A DNA stretch of 64,000 nt, from assembly GCA_046538735.1 (NCBI GenBank), contig JBKHII010000004.1:34393-98392 (forward strand), written 5' to 3'. Origin of the DNA: Spirochaetales bacterium (GTDB taxonomy: Bacteria; Spirochaetota; Spirochaetia; DSM-27196; SLST01). The position numbers and the translations under genes were made by a program. Positions 56,038 to 64,000 of the stretch are shown piece after piece. The notes below the pieces were generated by a model that worked only from the letters and a program-made list of their open reading frames with translations, had not been told where the DNA came from and made no database searches. The first letter of the stretch is position 1, and every line of letters starts with the position of its first letter.

Positions 56038-58029
56038 TTACCTCCCGGCGACGCGTCGTCTGCGGTCGCGCAGCATCGGAGCGAGGACCGCATGGAGCTC
56101 ATGGTTCGCGTGCAGGTCCTCGATCGGGACGCTCATGCGATAGCTCCAGTTCGCCTCGGTCATCGTGCCCGGCACGTTCACGCGCTCGTCGTCCGGATTC
56201 TCCGGCGCGAGCCCGTCCACGAGGGCGAGCAGGTCCTGGATCTGGAAGACGCAGAGCGCGGAGCCCGTGTGGAACATCGCTTCGGTCACCTTGCGCGCGG
56301 TCTCGGCGTCGTACTCCGCGGGCGGGTCTCCGGGCAATCCCAGACTCCTCCAGAACGGGCGGCGGTCGGGTTCCTCGCGCCACCAGCCGCGCATCGAGGA
56401 GGTGTCGTGCACCGAGGGCGCGCACACGGTGAGGAAGGGGTACTCGGTCGGCGGGATGTACGGTTGGCCCGGCTCGTGCCAGAGGCGTGTCCAGCGCGGG
56501 ATGCGCAATCCAAGGATGCGGAGCTCGGAGAGCACGCCCGGTACGCAGGCGGGAATCGCGCCAAGGTCCTCGGCGCACGGGAGCATCCCGGTCGCTTCGC
56601 GCATGAAGGCGAGTAACCGTTTCCCCTGTTCCTCCCAGAGCCGCTCCGACTCCCGCGCGAGCTCGTCTGCAAGCGCGCGAAAGCGGTCCTGCTCGTCCGG
56701 GCCGAGACCCTGGAAGCGGGAGCACGCTCCGTACGACCAGACCGGGACGAAGGTGTCGCGCTCGAGACGAATGAGCGCGCGATCGCGGTACTGCTCGAGC
56801 AGCCACTCGCGAGCGCGGTCGGAGCAGTCGAGCGCGAGAATGTCTCGCTCGCCCCGGATGGTCGGGGCGAGGAGGTAGAGGTCTTCGCCCTCGATGCGGT
56901 TGAGCGCGAGGCGGATGACCGTCTGAGCCTCCTCCCCCAACGTGTCACGAAGAGTGGTGCCCGATACGTGCGGCTCGGCGAGCCACTTGATTCGGCCGTT
57001 GTCCATGCCGGCGGCGTGCAGCCGGTCGCGGTCGGCGACCGCGGTCGGGTTGAAGTGACCGAGATAGCCGGTCACGTCGTCTGCGGGGATGCTCCACACG
57101 CGGAAGAAACCGAGCACGTGGTCGATGCGGTACGCCTTGTAGTATCGGGCTGCATGACGGAGGCGGTCCTTCCACCACCGGTAGCCGTCGTGCTCGAGCT
57201 GCATCCAGTCGTAGATGGGCAGACCCCAGTTCTGTCCCACGGCGCTCTGCGCGTCCGGCGGCGCGCCGGCCCGGAGCCACGAAGAGAAGTAGGAGCGGTG
57301 CGCCCACGTGTCCACGCTGTCTTCGTTGATGAGGATCGGGAGATCGCCCTTGAGGACGATCCCGAGCTCGGCGACGGCGTGTGCCGCGGCGCGGAACTGC
57401 TCGTCCAGCCGCCGCTGCACCCAGACGTGGAAGACGAGCTCGCGCTCGTTGGCCGGATCCGACCAGAGCGCGCCGAGCCGCTCGGGAGTCGGGTCGCGGT
57501 AGTCCGGCCACTCCTTCCACGCCGCGCCGCCGAACCGCGCCTTGAGCATCTTGTACGCCGCGTACTCGCCGACCCACGGATTGTCGTCCACGAAGGCGCG
57601 CGCCTCGCGCCGGAGCGTTTCGTTCCCCGCGACATCGTCGTAGACGAGGCGAAGCAACTCGGTCTTCGCGTCCACGAGCGCGCCGTAGCGCAGCCGGGGG
57701 GCGTCTGCGTGCTCCGCGCGAAGCGCCTCGAGCGCATCGTTCACGCGCGCCGCACGCGATGAGGAGAGCGCGCCGAACTCGGGAAGATCGGCGATCCGAA
57801 GGTAGAGCGGATGGAGCGCGAAGGCGCTCAGCGCGCTGTAGGGCGAGGCCTGCCACCCCGTGTCGTTGACGGGCAAGATCTGGATGAGGTCGAGCCCGAT
57901 CTCCGCGCACCATGCCGCGAGCCTCGGGAGATCGGCGAACTCGCCCACGCCCACGGAGGCGTCGCTGCGAAGCGCCGAGACCGGAACGAGGACGCCGGAG
58001 AGGTACCTCGTGAGCCCGGAGAACATCAT
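56038..58029 (-). CDS. malQ: 4-alpha-glucanotransferase (GH77)
   Basis: QILPVND, SPYSALSAFALHP, GDLPI, GQNWGLP, YRIDHVLGFFR, AEDLG, VHDT. Confidence 0.95.
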   Translation of the reverse strand: MMFSGLTRYLSGVLVPVSALRSDASVGVGEFADLPRLAAWCAEIGLDLIQILPVNDTGWQASPYSALSAFALHPLYLRIADLPEFGALSSSRAARVNDALEALRAEHADAPRLRYGALVDAKTELLRLVYDDVAGNETLRREARAFVDDNPWVGEYAAYKMLKARFGGAAWKEWPDYRDPTPERLGALWSDPANERELVFHVWVQRRLDEQFRAAAHAVAELGIVLKGDLPILINEDSVDTWAHRSYFSSWLRAGAPPDAQSAVGQNWGLPIYDWMQLEHDGYRWWKDRLRHAARYYKAYRIDHVLGFFRVWSIPADDVTGYLGHFNPTAVADRDRLHAAGMDNGRIKWLAEPHVSGTTLRDTLGEEAQTVIRLALNRIEGEDLYLLAPTIRGERDILALDCSDRAREWLLEQYRDRALIRLERDTFVPVWSYGACSRFQGLGPDEQDRFRALADELARESERLWEEQGKRLLAFMREATGMLPCAEDLGAIPACVPGVLSELRILGLRIPRWTRLWHEPGQPYIPPTEYPFLTVCAPSVHDTSSMRGWWREEPDRRPFWRSLGLPGDPPAEYDAETARKVTEAMFHTGSALCVFQIQDLLALVDGLAPENPDDERVNVPGTMTEANWSYRMSVPIEDLHANHELHAVLAPMLRDRRRRVAGR

Positions 58030-58102
58030 GGGAGTCGCCTCGTCGTGCCTCGCTGCATGAGCCTAGGATAGCGGTTTTCGTCCGGATCAGGAATGGGTGG
58101 GC

Positions 58103-58281
58103 GCGATTCGCGGCCCGGAGCCGAGGTGCCCGGGGTTGGCCGATCTGGACGCCTGTAGACGGGGCGCGCACCCGCTCGCTGGTCCTCGGCCTTCGGCCTG
58201 CGGGTTCGCTCGGGGTGCGCGCCCCGTCACGGCGTCCGTGCCGCCGGGCTCCCGGGCACCTCGGCTCCGCACGCGAGTCGC
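58103..58281. repeat. Structured intergenic fold-back element, copy 2 (REPIN-like)
   Basis: Stems 58103-12/58272-81, 58117-34/58251-68 (18/18), 58147-53/58231-37 and 58158-73/58213-28 (16/16); core 58175-58214. Confidence 0.88.
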
Positions 58282-58335
58282 TTCTGGGATGGGAGGAGCG
58301 ACGCAGAAGCGTTAGCCGAGACGCACCGGCGGGTG

Positions 58336-59304
58336 TTACCCTCGGCGTGCTCGCTTCCGCCCGACCAACACGCCCGCTACGAAGAGCTCCCAGGGGTGGT
58401 AGATCACGAGCGGGAGGAGCGCGACGCCGAGGAGGTCCTGGCCGGCGAAGAAGATCGTGAGGAGCGGGGCGCCGAGGGCGAGCGTCTTCTGGGGGGCGAC
58501 GAAGAGGACGGTCGTGCGATCGGCGCGTTCGAGCTTGAGGAGGCGGGCGCCGAGCGCGGCGAGAGCGAGGAGGAGGATGTGCGAGACGAGGAGGTAGAGG
58601 ATCGGGAGCGGGAGCTCGGCCGCGTAGCGACCGAAGGCGGGGTTCGCGGCGGTGTGCGCGAAGGCGAGGAGCACGATCAGGAGGATGAGGAGGTTGCTCG
58701 CGAAGGAGAGCGATGCGCTGCGGCGCGATACCCAGGTGCGGAGCTGGAGCCGGAGGAGCTGGCCCGCGACGATCGGCACGAGCATGTTGAGCGCGAGCCC
58801 CTGGAGCGTCGCGAGAAGCTGGGAGACCGGAAGCGCGCGGCCCGTGGTCGAGAGGAGGAGCGAGAGCAGGAGCGGCGAAACGAAGATGCCCGCGGCGTTC
58901 GCGAGCGCCGCGTTGAAGACCGCCGCGACGGTGTTGCCGCCGGCGCTCTGCGTGAAGACGATGCAACTCGAGACGGTGGTGGGAAGGACCGCGAGCGCAA
59001 AGATGCCCACGACGAGCTTGCCGTCCATCGCGCCCGAGAAGAGCGGCACGGCGGTGAGGAAGTAGAGCGGCGTGACCACGAAGATGAAGAGCTGGAGGAA
59101 GAGGTGCAGGCGCGGCGTGGCGAGGTCTCGCCCGATTCGATCGGACGGCAGCTTGAGCCCGGTGATCAGGAAGAGCACGAAGACGATGACCCGGTTCGTC
59201 CACCCGTCGGGATTGAGCAGCGCGCCCCGCTCGGCGAGCACGAAGCCGATCGCCATCGCGACGACGAGCCCTACGAGGAACCAGTTCTTCTTGAGCCAGG
59301 GCAT
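58336..59304 (-). CDS. Bile acid:sodium symporter family (SBF-like) transporter
   Basis: LFLITGLKL, LPTTVSS, AGGN...AVFNA, QKTLALG. Confidence 0.9.
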   Translation of the reverse strand: MPWLKKNWFLVGLVVAMAIGFVLAERGALLNPDGWTNRVIVFVLFLITGLKLPSDRIGRDLATPRLHLFLQLFIFVVTPLYFLTAVPLFSGAMDGKLVVGIFALAVLPTTVSSCIVFTQSAGGNTVAAVFNAALANAAGIFVSPLLLSLLLSTTGRALPVSQLLATLQGLALNMLVPIVAGQLLRLQLRTWVSRRSASLSFASNLLILLIVLLAFAHTAANPAFGRYAAELPLPILYLLVSHILLLALAALGARLLKLERADRTTVLFVAPQKTLALGAPLLTIFFAGQDLLGVALLPLVIYHPWELFVAGVLVGRKRARRG

Positions 59305-59356
59305 GATCCCTTATACACTATGGAAAAGCACTTCGCCATAGTGTAGGGTTGGCACC

Positions 59357-61210
59357 GTGACACGCCGCCACTCCATCGTTTCCATCGTCGGCCTCCTTCT
59401 TCTTCTTCTCCCGCTTCAGGTCGGCGCGCAGTTCGCCAAAGGCCCCGATCAACTCCCCGACCGCGCGGTCGTGGCGCGCCGTTCCGCTGGGACGCTCGAA
59501 CGATCGGTGGACGGCGGTCTCACCTGGGAACAGGTCGGAGGTATGCCGACGCGTGTGCTCCCGGCCTATCGGGCGGGCGAGCCGCTTCCCGTCACGGCGT
59601 TCGCTGTGCCCGCCCCGGATCCCGCCGACGCGGCCGCCCGAACCGCGCTCGCCCGATCGCCCGGCGTGAAGCAGCCCGGCTACCACGTCGTGAGCGCGGA
59701 CGCGCCCGCGCTCGCCGCGGTGGGCAGGCAGCTCTTCGTGAGCCGCGACGGACTCGAGACGTGGCACGAGATCCGGCTCCCGGACGTGGTCAATCAGTCG
59801 ACCTACATCACCGCGCTCGCGATCGACCCGGCCGACCACGCCCACTGGCTCGCGGCAACCTCGTACGACGGCGTCTATCGCACGCAGGACTCCGGCGCCT
59901 CGTGGACCGACCTGACCGCCGATCGCGCCGCGTGGCCGACCTACCTGGGCGCCGGTTTCCACGAGGAGATCTCCGGCCTCTGGTTCACCGCGCACGACTA
60001 TCTGATCGCGCGCGCCGGCTTCGGCCAGGGCTTCCTGCGCATCGAGCTCGATCCGCTTCGCGTGCGCCGGCTGCTCCCGCTCGCGGACGGCGAGCAGGCG
60101 TACGCGGCCGCCGCCTTCGCGCTGGGAGCCACGAGCGCGGCAGGCAGCGGCGCGAGCCGCAATCCGGCCGCGACCGCGGGCCCGGCGACGGACGCAGCGG
60201 CCCGGCGCGCGGCTGCCGCCGACCGGACCGGAATCTACCTCACCGCGGTGAACGCGACGCCGGAGAAGCTCCCCGCCTACTTCGACTACATCGAACGCCA
60301 CGGGTTCAATAGCGTGGTCGTCGACTTCAAGGACGACCACGGTCGGCTCACGTACGCGAGCGAGCTCCCAACCGCGCGCGCGGCGGGCGCGGTCCGGCCC
60401 GTCATCAACGCGGCGGAGCTCGTGGAGGCGGCGCACGCGCGCGGCATCTCCGTGATCGCGCGGATCGTCGTCTTCAAGGACCCGATCCTCTACGCGTACG
60501 ACGACCATCGCCTCGCGCTCTGGGACGGCAGGCTCGACCGGCCGTGGGGCGTCTACCGGAGCTACACGGACGAGGAGACCGGCGCGGCGCGAACGGTCCA
60601 GGTCGAGCATTGGGTCGACGCCTACTCGCCGGAGGTCTGGGAGTACAACGTCAACGTTGCTCGCGAGGTGGCGGACCTCGGCGTGGACGAGATCCAGTTC
60701 GACTACATCCGCTTCCCCTCCGACGGCCGCGCCGAGGACATCGTGTCGCGCTTCGCGGTGCCGGGGGCGAACCGCGTCCAGGCGCTCGAGGGCTTCCTCG
60801 CGTCGGCCCGCGACGCGATCGACCTCCCGATCAGCATCGACGTCTTCGGCTTCAACGCGTGGTCGCGGATGAGCTACCTGGGACAGGACATCACGCGCCT
60901 CGGACGCTACGTGGATGTGATCAGCCCGATGTTCTACCCGTCGCACTTCGTGACGTCGTTTCTGCCGCAGTTCGGCTACCTCGAGCGCGCCCGCCTGATC
61001 TACGACCTGGGAACGCGCCGCGCGCACGAGCTCGCCCCCGAGCCGCTCATTCGTCCCTACGTGCAGGCATTCCTGATCGGCCGCGAGCTCGATTTCGAGG
61101 AGCCGACCTACCGCAGGTATCTCGACCTCCAGGTGGAGGCGTCGCTCGAGGCCGGGTCGAGCGGCTACACGCTCTGGAACGCCTCGGGTCGGTACTACAT
61201 GCTTCCCTGA
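59357..61210 (+). CDS. Exported putative glycoside hydrolase (DUF4015-like) with N-terminal BNR/Asp-box repeats
   Basis: SVDGGLTW, SRDGLETW, TQDSGASW; VVDFKDDHG, IARIVVFKD, DEIQFDYIRFP, PMFYPSHF. Confidence 0.85.
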   Translation: MTRRHSIVSIVGLLLLLLPLQVGAQFAKGPDQLPDRAVVARRSAGTLERSVDGGLTWEQVGGMPTRVLPAYRAGEPLPVTAFAVPAPDPADAAARTALARSPGVKQPGYHVVSADAPALAAVGRQLFVSRDGLETWHEIRLPDVVNQSTYITALAIDPADHAHWLAATSYDGVYRTQDSGASWTDLTADRAAWPTYLGAGFHEEISGLWFTAHDYLIARAGFGQGFLRIELDPLRVRRLLPLADGEQAYAAAAFALGATSAAGSGASRNPAATAGPATDAAARRAAAADRTGIYLTAVNATPEKLPAYFDYIERHGFNSVVVDFKDDHGRLTYASELPTARAAGAVRPVINAAELVEAAHARGISVIARIVVFKDPILYAYDDHRLALWDGRLDRPWGVYRSYTDEETGAARTVQVEHWVDAYSPEVWEYNVNVAREVADLGVDEIQFDYIRFPSDGRAEDIVSRFAVPGANRVQALEGFLASARDAIDLPISIDVFGFNAWSRMSYLGQDITRLGRYVDVISPMFYPSHFVTSFLPQFGYLERARLIYDLGTRRAHELAPEPLIRPYVQAFLIGRELDFEEPTYRRYLDLQVEASLEAGSSGYTLWNASGRYYMLP

Positions 61211-61228
61211 CATGGTATAGTGGCGCCC

Positions 61229-62185
61229 ATGCAAGCTGTCGCGGAGTGGGCACGCAGGATCGTGGAATCGGTCGAGACGGTGTTCTTCGGCAAGCGCGCG
61301 GTCATCGAGCGGTTGCTCGTCGCGCTGCTCTGCAGGGGGCACGTGCTGCTCGAGGACGTCCCCGGGATGGGGAAGACGATCCTCGCGCGCGCGCTCGCGG
61401 CGAGCCTGGGCGGGAAGTTCACGCGAATCCAGTGCACGCCCGACCTCCTTCCGGCGGACATCTTGGGCGTGAGCGTCTACAACCCGAGCGACGGTACCTT
61501 CCGCTTCCGCAAAGGGCCGATCATGGCGAACATCGTCCTCGTGGACGAGATCAACCGCGCGACGCCGCGGACGCAGTCGGCGCTGCTCGAGGCAACCGGC
61601 GAGGGCCAGGTAAGCGTGGAGGGCAAGCGGATGGAGCTGCCCGAGCCGTTCTTCCTCATCGCCACCGAGAATCCGGTCGAGTTCGAAGGCACCTTCCCGC
61701 TCCCCGAGGCGCAGCAGGACCGCTTCCTGCTCTCGATGAGCATCGGGTACCCCGAGCGGACGGTCGAGCAGCGAATCGTGGACAGCCAGCGGCGCCTCAC
61801 GCACCCGGTGGTGGACGTGGAGCCGGTCACCGAGATCGCGGACGTGCACGAGCTGCAGAAGCAGGTCGTGGAGGTCCACGTTGACCAGGAGGTGATGGAC
61901 TACGTCAGCGCTCTCGTGGAGGCGAGCCGCGGTCACCAGCAGGTGCGCATCGGCGTGAGCCCGCGCGGGACGCTCGCGCTCTACAAGTCGGCGCAGGCGC
62001 TCGCGGCGGTGCGGGGCCGCGACTACGTCATCCCGGAGGACGTGAAGGAGCTCTGCCGCCCGGTCTTCGCGAAGCGGATCATCCTCACGAGCCAGGCGGT
62101 GATCCGCGGCATCGCGGTGGACACGGTGATCACCTCGCTCCTCGATTCGGTGCCGACCCCCGTGGTGCCGGAGCAGCGGGCGTGA
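61229..62185 (+). CDS. MoxR family AAA+ ATPase
   Basis: HVLLEDVPGMGKT, RIQCTPDLLPAD, DEINRATPRTQSALLE, GTFPLPEAQQDRF; ATG 7 nt after TG-n-TATAGT. Confidence 0.95.
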   Translation: MQAVAEWARRIVESVETVFFGKRAVIERLLVALLCRGHVLLEDVPGMGKTILARALAASLGGKFTRIQCTPDLLPADILGVSVYNPSDGTFRFRKGPIMANIVLVDEINRATPRTQSALLEATGEGQVSVEGKRMELPEPFFLIATENPVEFEGTFPLPEAQQDRFLLSMSIGYPERTVEQRIVDSQRRLTHPVVDVEPVTEIADVHELQKQVVEVHVDQEVMDYVSALVEASRGHQQVRIGVSPRGTLALYKSAQALAAVRGRDYVIPEDVKELCRPVFAKRIILTSQAVIRGIAVDTVITSLLDSVPTPVVPEQRA

Positions 62186-63360
62186 AGGGACGGGGCATCG
62201 CGCTCATCGTCGTGGGCCTGTTCCTCGCGCTCTTCCTCGATTCGTACGTGGTCCAGTGGATCGGCTACGTGCTCGTCACCGTCGTGGTCCTGAGCTACGC
62301 CTACACGCGCGCCGTCGCCGCGGGGCTCGAGGTCACGCGCGACGAGCCGATCCTCCGCGCCTACCAGCACCAGATCGTCCCGGTTCGCATCCGCATCGCG
62401 AACCGGAGCCCGCTTCCCGTTCCGCACCTCGTAGTCACGGACAATCCGGGCAGCCTCTACACGGGGAACGAGAACGCGCGCCTGATGAGCCTGCGACCCG
62501 GCGAGCGCACCGACCTGGAGTACGAGATCCGGGGCATGAACCGCGGCGCGTACCGGCTTGGACCCGTCTCGGTTCGCTTCGCCGACCCGCTCGGCCTCTA
62601 CCCGGAGGCGCGGATCAAGTTCGAGGAAACGCGCCTCGTCGTCTACCCGAGGATCCATCCGGTCGAGCTCCCGGTCCACCGCGGCCTGCCGGCGGGAAGC
62701 ATCACGACCACGAGCAGGATCTACGAAGACCCCACACGCTACCGCTCGGTGCGCGAGTACGTCCCCGGAGACGAGATCCGCCGCATCAACTGGAAGGCGA
62801 GCGCCCGCCTGGGAGCGCTCCACTCGACCGAGTGGCTCCCCACGATCAACGTCCCCGTCATGATCCTCCTCAACCTCACGGCGAGCACGTACGCGCAGCG
62901 CGCACGCTACGGCCACACCGAGCGCACGATCGACGCCGCGGCGAGCCTCGTCCACCACCTCGCGACGCGCGGACAGGAAGTCGGGCTCGTCACCACCGGC
63001 GTGATCAAGGGCGCGCCGGAGAAGATCATGCCGTGGATCCGCGTGGGCTCGGGGATGCAGCACGCGGTCGGCATCCTGGAGACGCTCGCGCAGCTCACGA
63101 TCAACGAGGCGGACGACGACCCGGTCGCCCGCTTCCTCGAGCGCGGCTCGCTCTCGTACGGCACCCGGCTCTTCTACCTGGGCGCGCCGCTCCCGGAGGA
63201 CTCGGTCGCGGCGCTCGTCGCGTCCATGGGCGACCGGAGCCTCCTCCGGCTCTACTATACCGACGAGGGAGTCACGAGCTGGGACGAGCTTTCGATCGAA
63301 TCGGTGCGCGTCTACCGCATCACGGAGCACGGAGATGAGCTCTTCGCAGCACAAGGCTGA
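62182..63360 (+). CDS. DUF58 (vWA-like) protein
   Basis: RGAYRLGP...DPLGL, VREYVPGDEIRRINWKASAR. Confidence 0.92.
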   Translation: MKGRGIALIVVGLFLALFLDSYVVQWIGYVLVTVVVLSYAYTRAVAAGLEVTRDEPILRAYQHQIVPVRIRIANRSPLPVPHLVVTDNPGSLYTGNENARLMSLRPGERTDLEYEIRGMNRGAYRLGPVSVRFADPLGLYPEARIKFEETRLVVYPRIHPVELPVHRGLPAGSITTTSRIYEDPTRYRSVREYVPGDEIRRINWKASARLGALHSTEWLPTINVPVMILLNLTASTYAQRARYGHTERTIDAAASLVHHLATRGQEVGLVTTGVIKGAPEKIMPWIRVGSGMQHAVGILETLAQLTINEADDDPVARFLERGSLSYGTRLFYLGAPLPEDSVAALVASMGDRSLLRLYYTDEGVTSWDELSIESVRVYRITEHGDELFAAQG

Positions 63361-64000
63361 GATCTACCGCGTCCTCATCCATCCCGCGATGAGCATCGCG
63401 ATCGCCACGACGAGCGTGCTCTCGCTCATCTGGCTCGTGAACGTGAACATCGGCGTGGCTGCTCCGCGCGCGGGCACGATCGCGGCGGTGATCCTCGCAC
63501 CGATCCTGGAAGCCGTGGTGGGCAACATCCTCTTCCGCGAGCGCGCCGGCATCGGTAACCGCGTCCGCGAGCTCGTGCTCTTCCTCGCGGTGCTCTACGC
63601 CGTGTTCTCCGCCGTCCGCGGTGGACCGTTCGGCCGGCGGTTCGAACCGTCGGCCGACCAAATCCTCCCGATGCTCGCCGCGACCGTCGCCTGGCTCATC
63701 GCCTTCGTCTTCCACAACCGCCTCCGCGGCCGCGAGGCGCTCCTTCGCTCCTTCCACGGCCTCCACGGCGCCGAGCTCCGCCACGCGGTCCTCGAACGCC
63801 AGCACGAGATGGCGATCACCGTGCGCGCCATGCGCAAAGCCCGCGGCCTGATCGGCGGGCTCTTCGTGACGCTCTGCATGCTCGCGGTACTCGCGACGCT
63901 CGATCCGTTGGACGTGAGCGTCCTCCGGCCCGGCTCGGGCGCCTTCGCGATGCTCGTCCTCTACGGCATCGCGAGCATCGTGATCATCGGGAGCCTGAAC
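63335..64000 (+). CDS. Polytopic membrane protein of the MoxR/DUF58 operon, truncated by the window end
   Basis: Own translation MSSSQHKAEIYRVLIHPAMSIAIATTSVLSLIWLV..., open to 64000; overlaps the DUF58 stop. Confidence 0.75.
   Translation, partial: MSSSQHKAEIYRVLIHPAMSIAIATTSVLSLIWLVNVNIGVAAPRAGTIAAVILAPILEAVVGNILFRERAGIGNRVRELVLFLAVLYAVFSAVRGGPFGRRFEPSADQILPMLAATVAWLIAFVFHNRLRGREALLRSFHGLHGAELRHAVLERQHEMAITVRAMRKARGLIGGLFVTLCMLAVLATLDPLDVSVLRPGSGAFAMLVLYGIASIVIIGSLN

Noticed and set aside
51479-58281. Fold-back elements as integron attC sites or CRISPR repeats
   Set aside because: No RYYYAAC/GTTRRRY ends, no integrase or cas genes, and no repeat-spacer periodicity.
51479-58281. Fold-back elements as simple rho-independent terminators
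   Set aside because: They are much longer than needed, have no U-tract, and a terminator would not explain the conserved 40-nt core and bulged motif.
1-64000. tRNA, rRNA, known riboswitch or sigma-54 (-24/-12) promoter
   Set aside because: None recognised by eye in the short intergenic regions; a tRNAscan/Rfam run would be needed to exclude them formally.

Overview
High-GC (about two-thirds G+C by eye) bacterial chromosome segment, almost certainly from a free-living Spirochaetota. The basis is the rsmE-ctpA / hypothetical-MinD-like-FapA-lgt neighbourhood, a STAS-zinc-ribbon protein, DUF2259 and many lipoproteins. It holds about 54 densely packed genes: envelope and lipoprotein maturation (lgt, lnt, PlsC-like, WecB/TagA, CtpA), signalling (HTH-less sigma-54 activator with a dead receiver, GAF/HD-GYP, HAMP adenylate cyclase, PAS kinase), a six-gene surface lipoprotein/PEGA-TPR cluster, pntAA-pntAB-pntB, MATE, a PIN toxin-antitoxin pair, rimK with its partner protease, a CrtD/CrtP-like desaturase, GH29/GH3/GH13/GH77 enzymes and a MoxR-DUF58 module. 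I saw no rRNA, tRNA, CRISPR array or transposase. The most notable non-coding signal is a pair of long intergenic fold-back elements (about 51479-51632 and 58103-58281). They share a 38/40-nt core and a CGCCTGTAG...CACGGCG bulged motif, while their stems differ in sequence but keep pairing. Also notable are many apparently leaderless promoters and two pseudogenes collapsed by multiple deletions. All product calls come from motif recognition by eye; no database searches were run.
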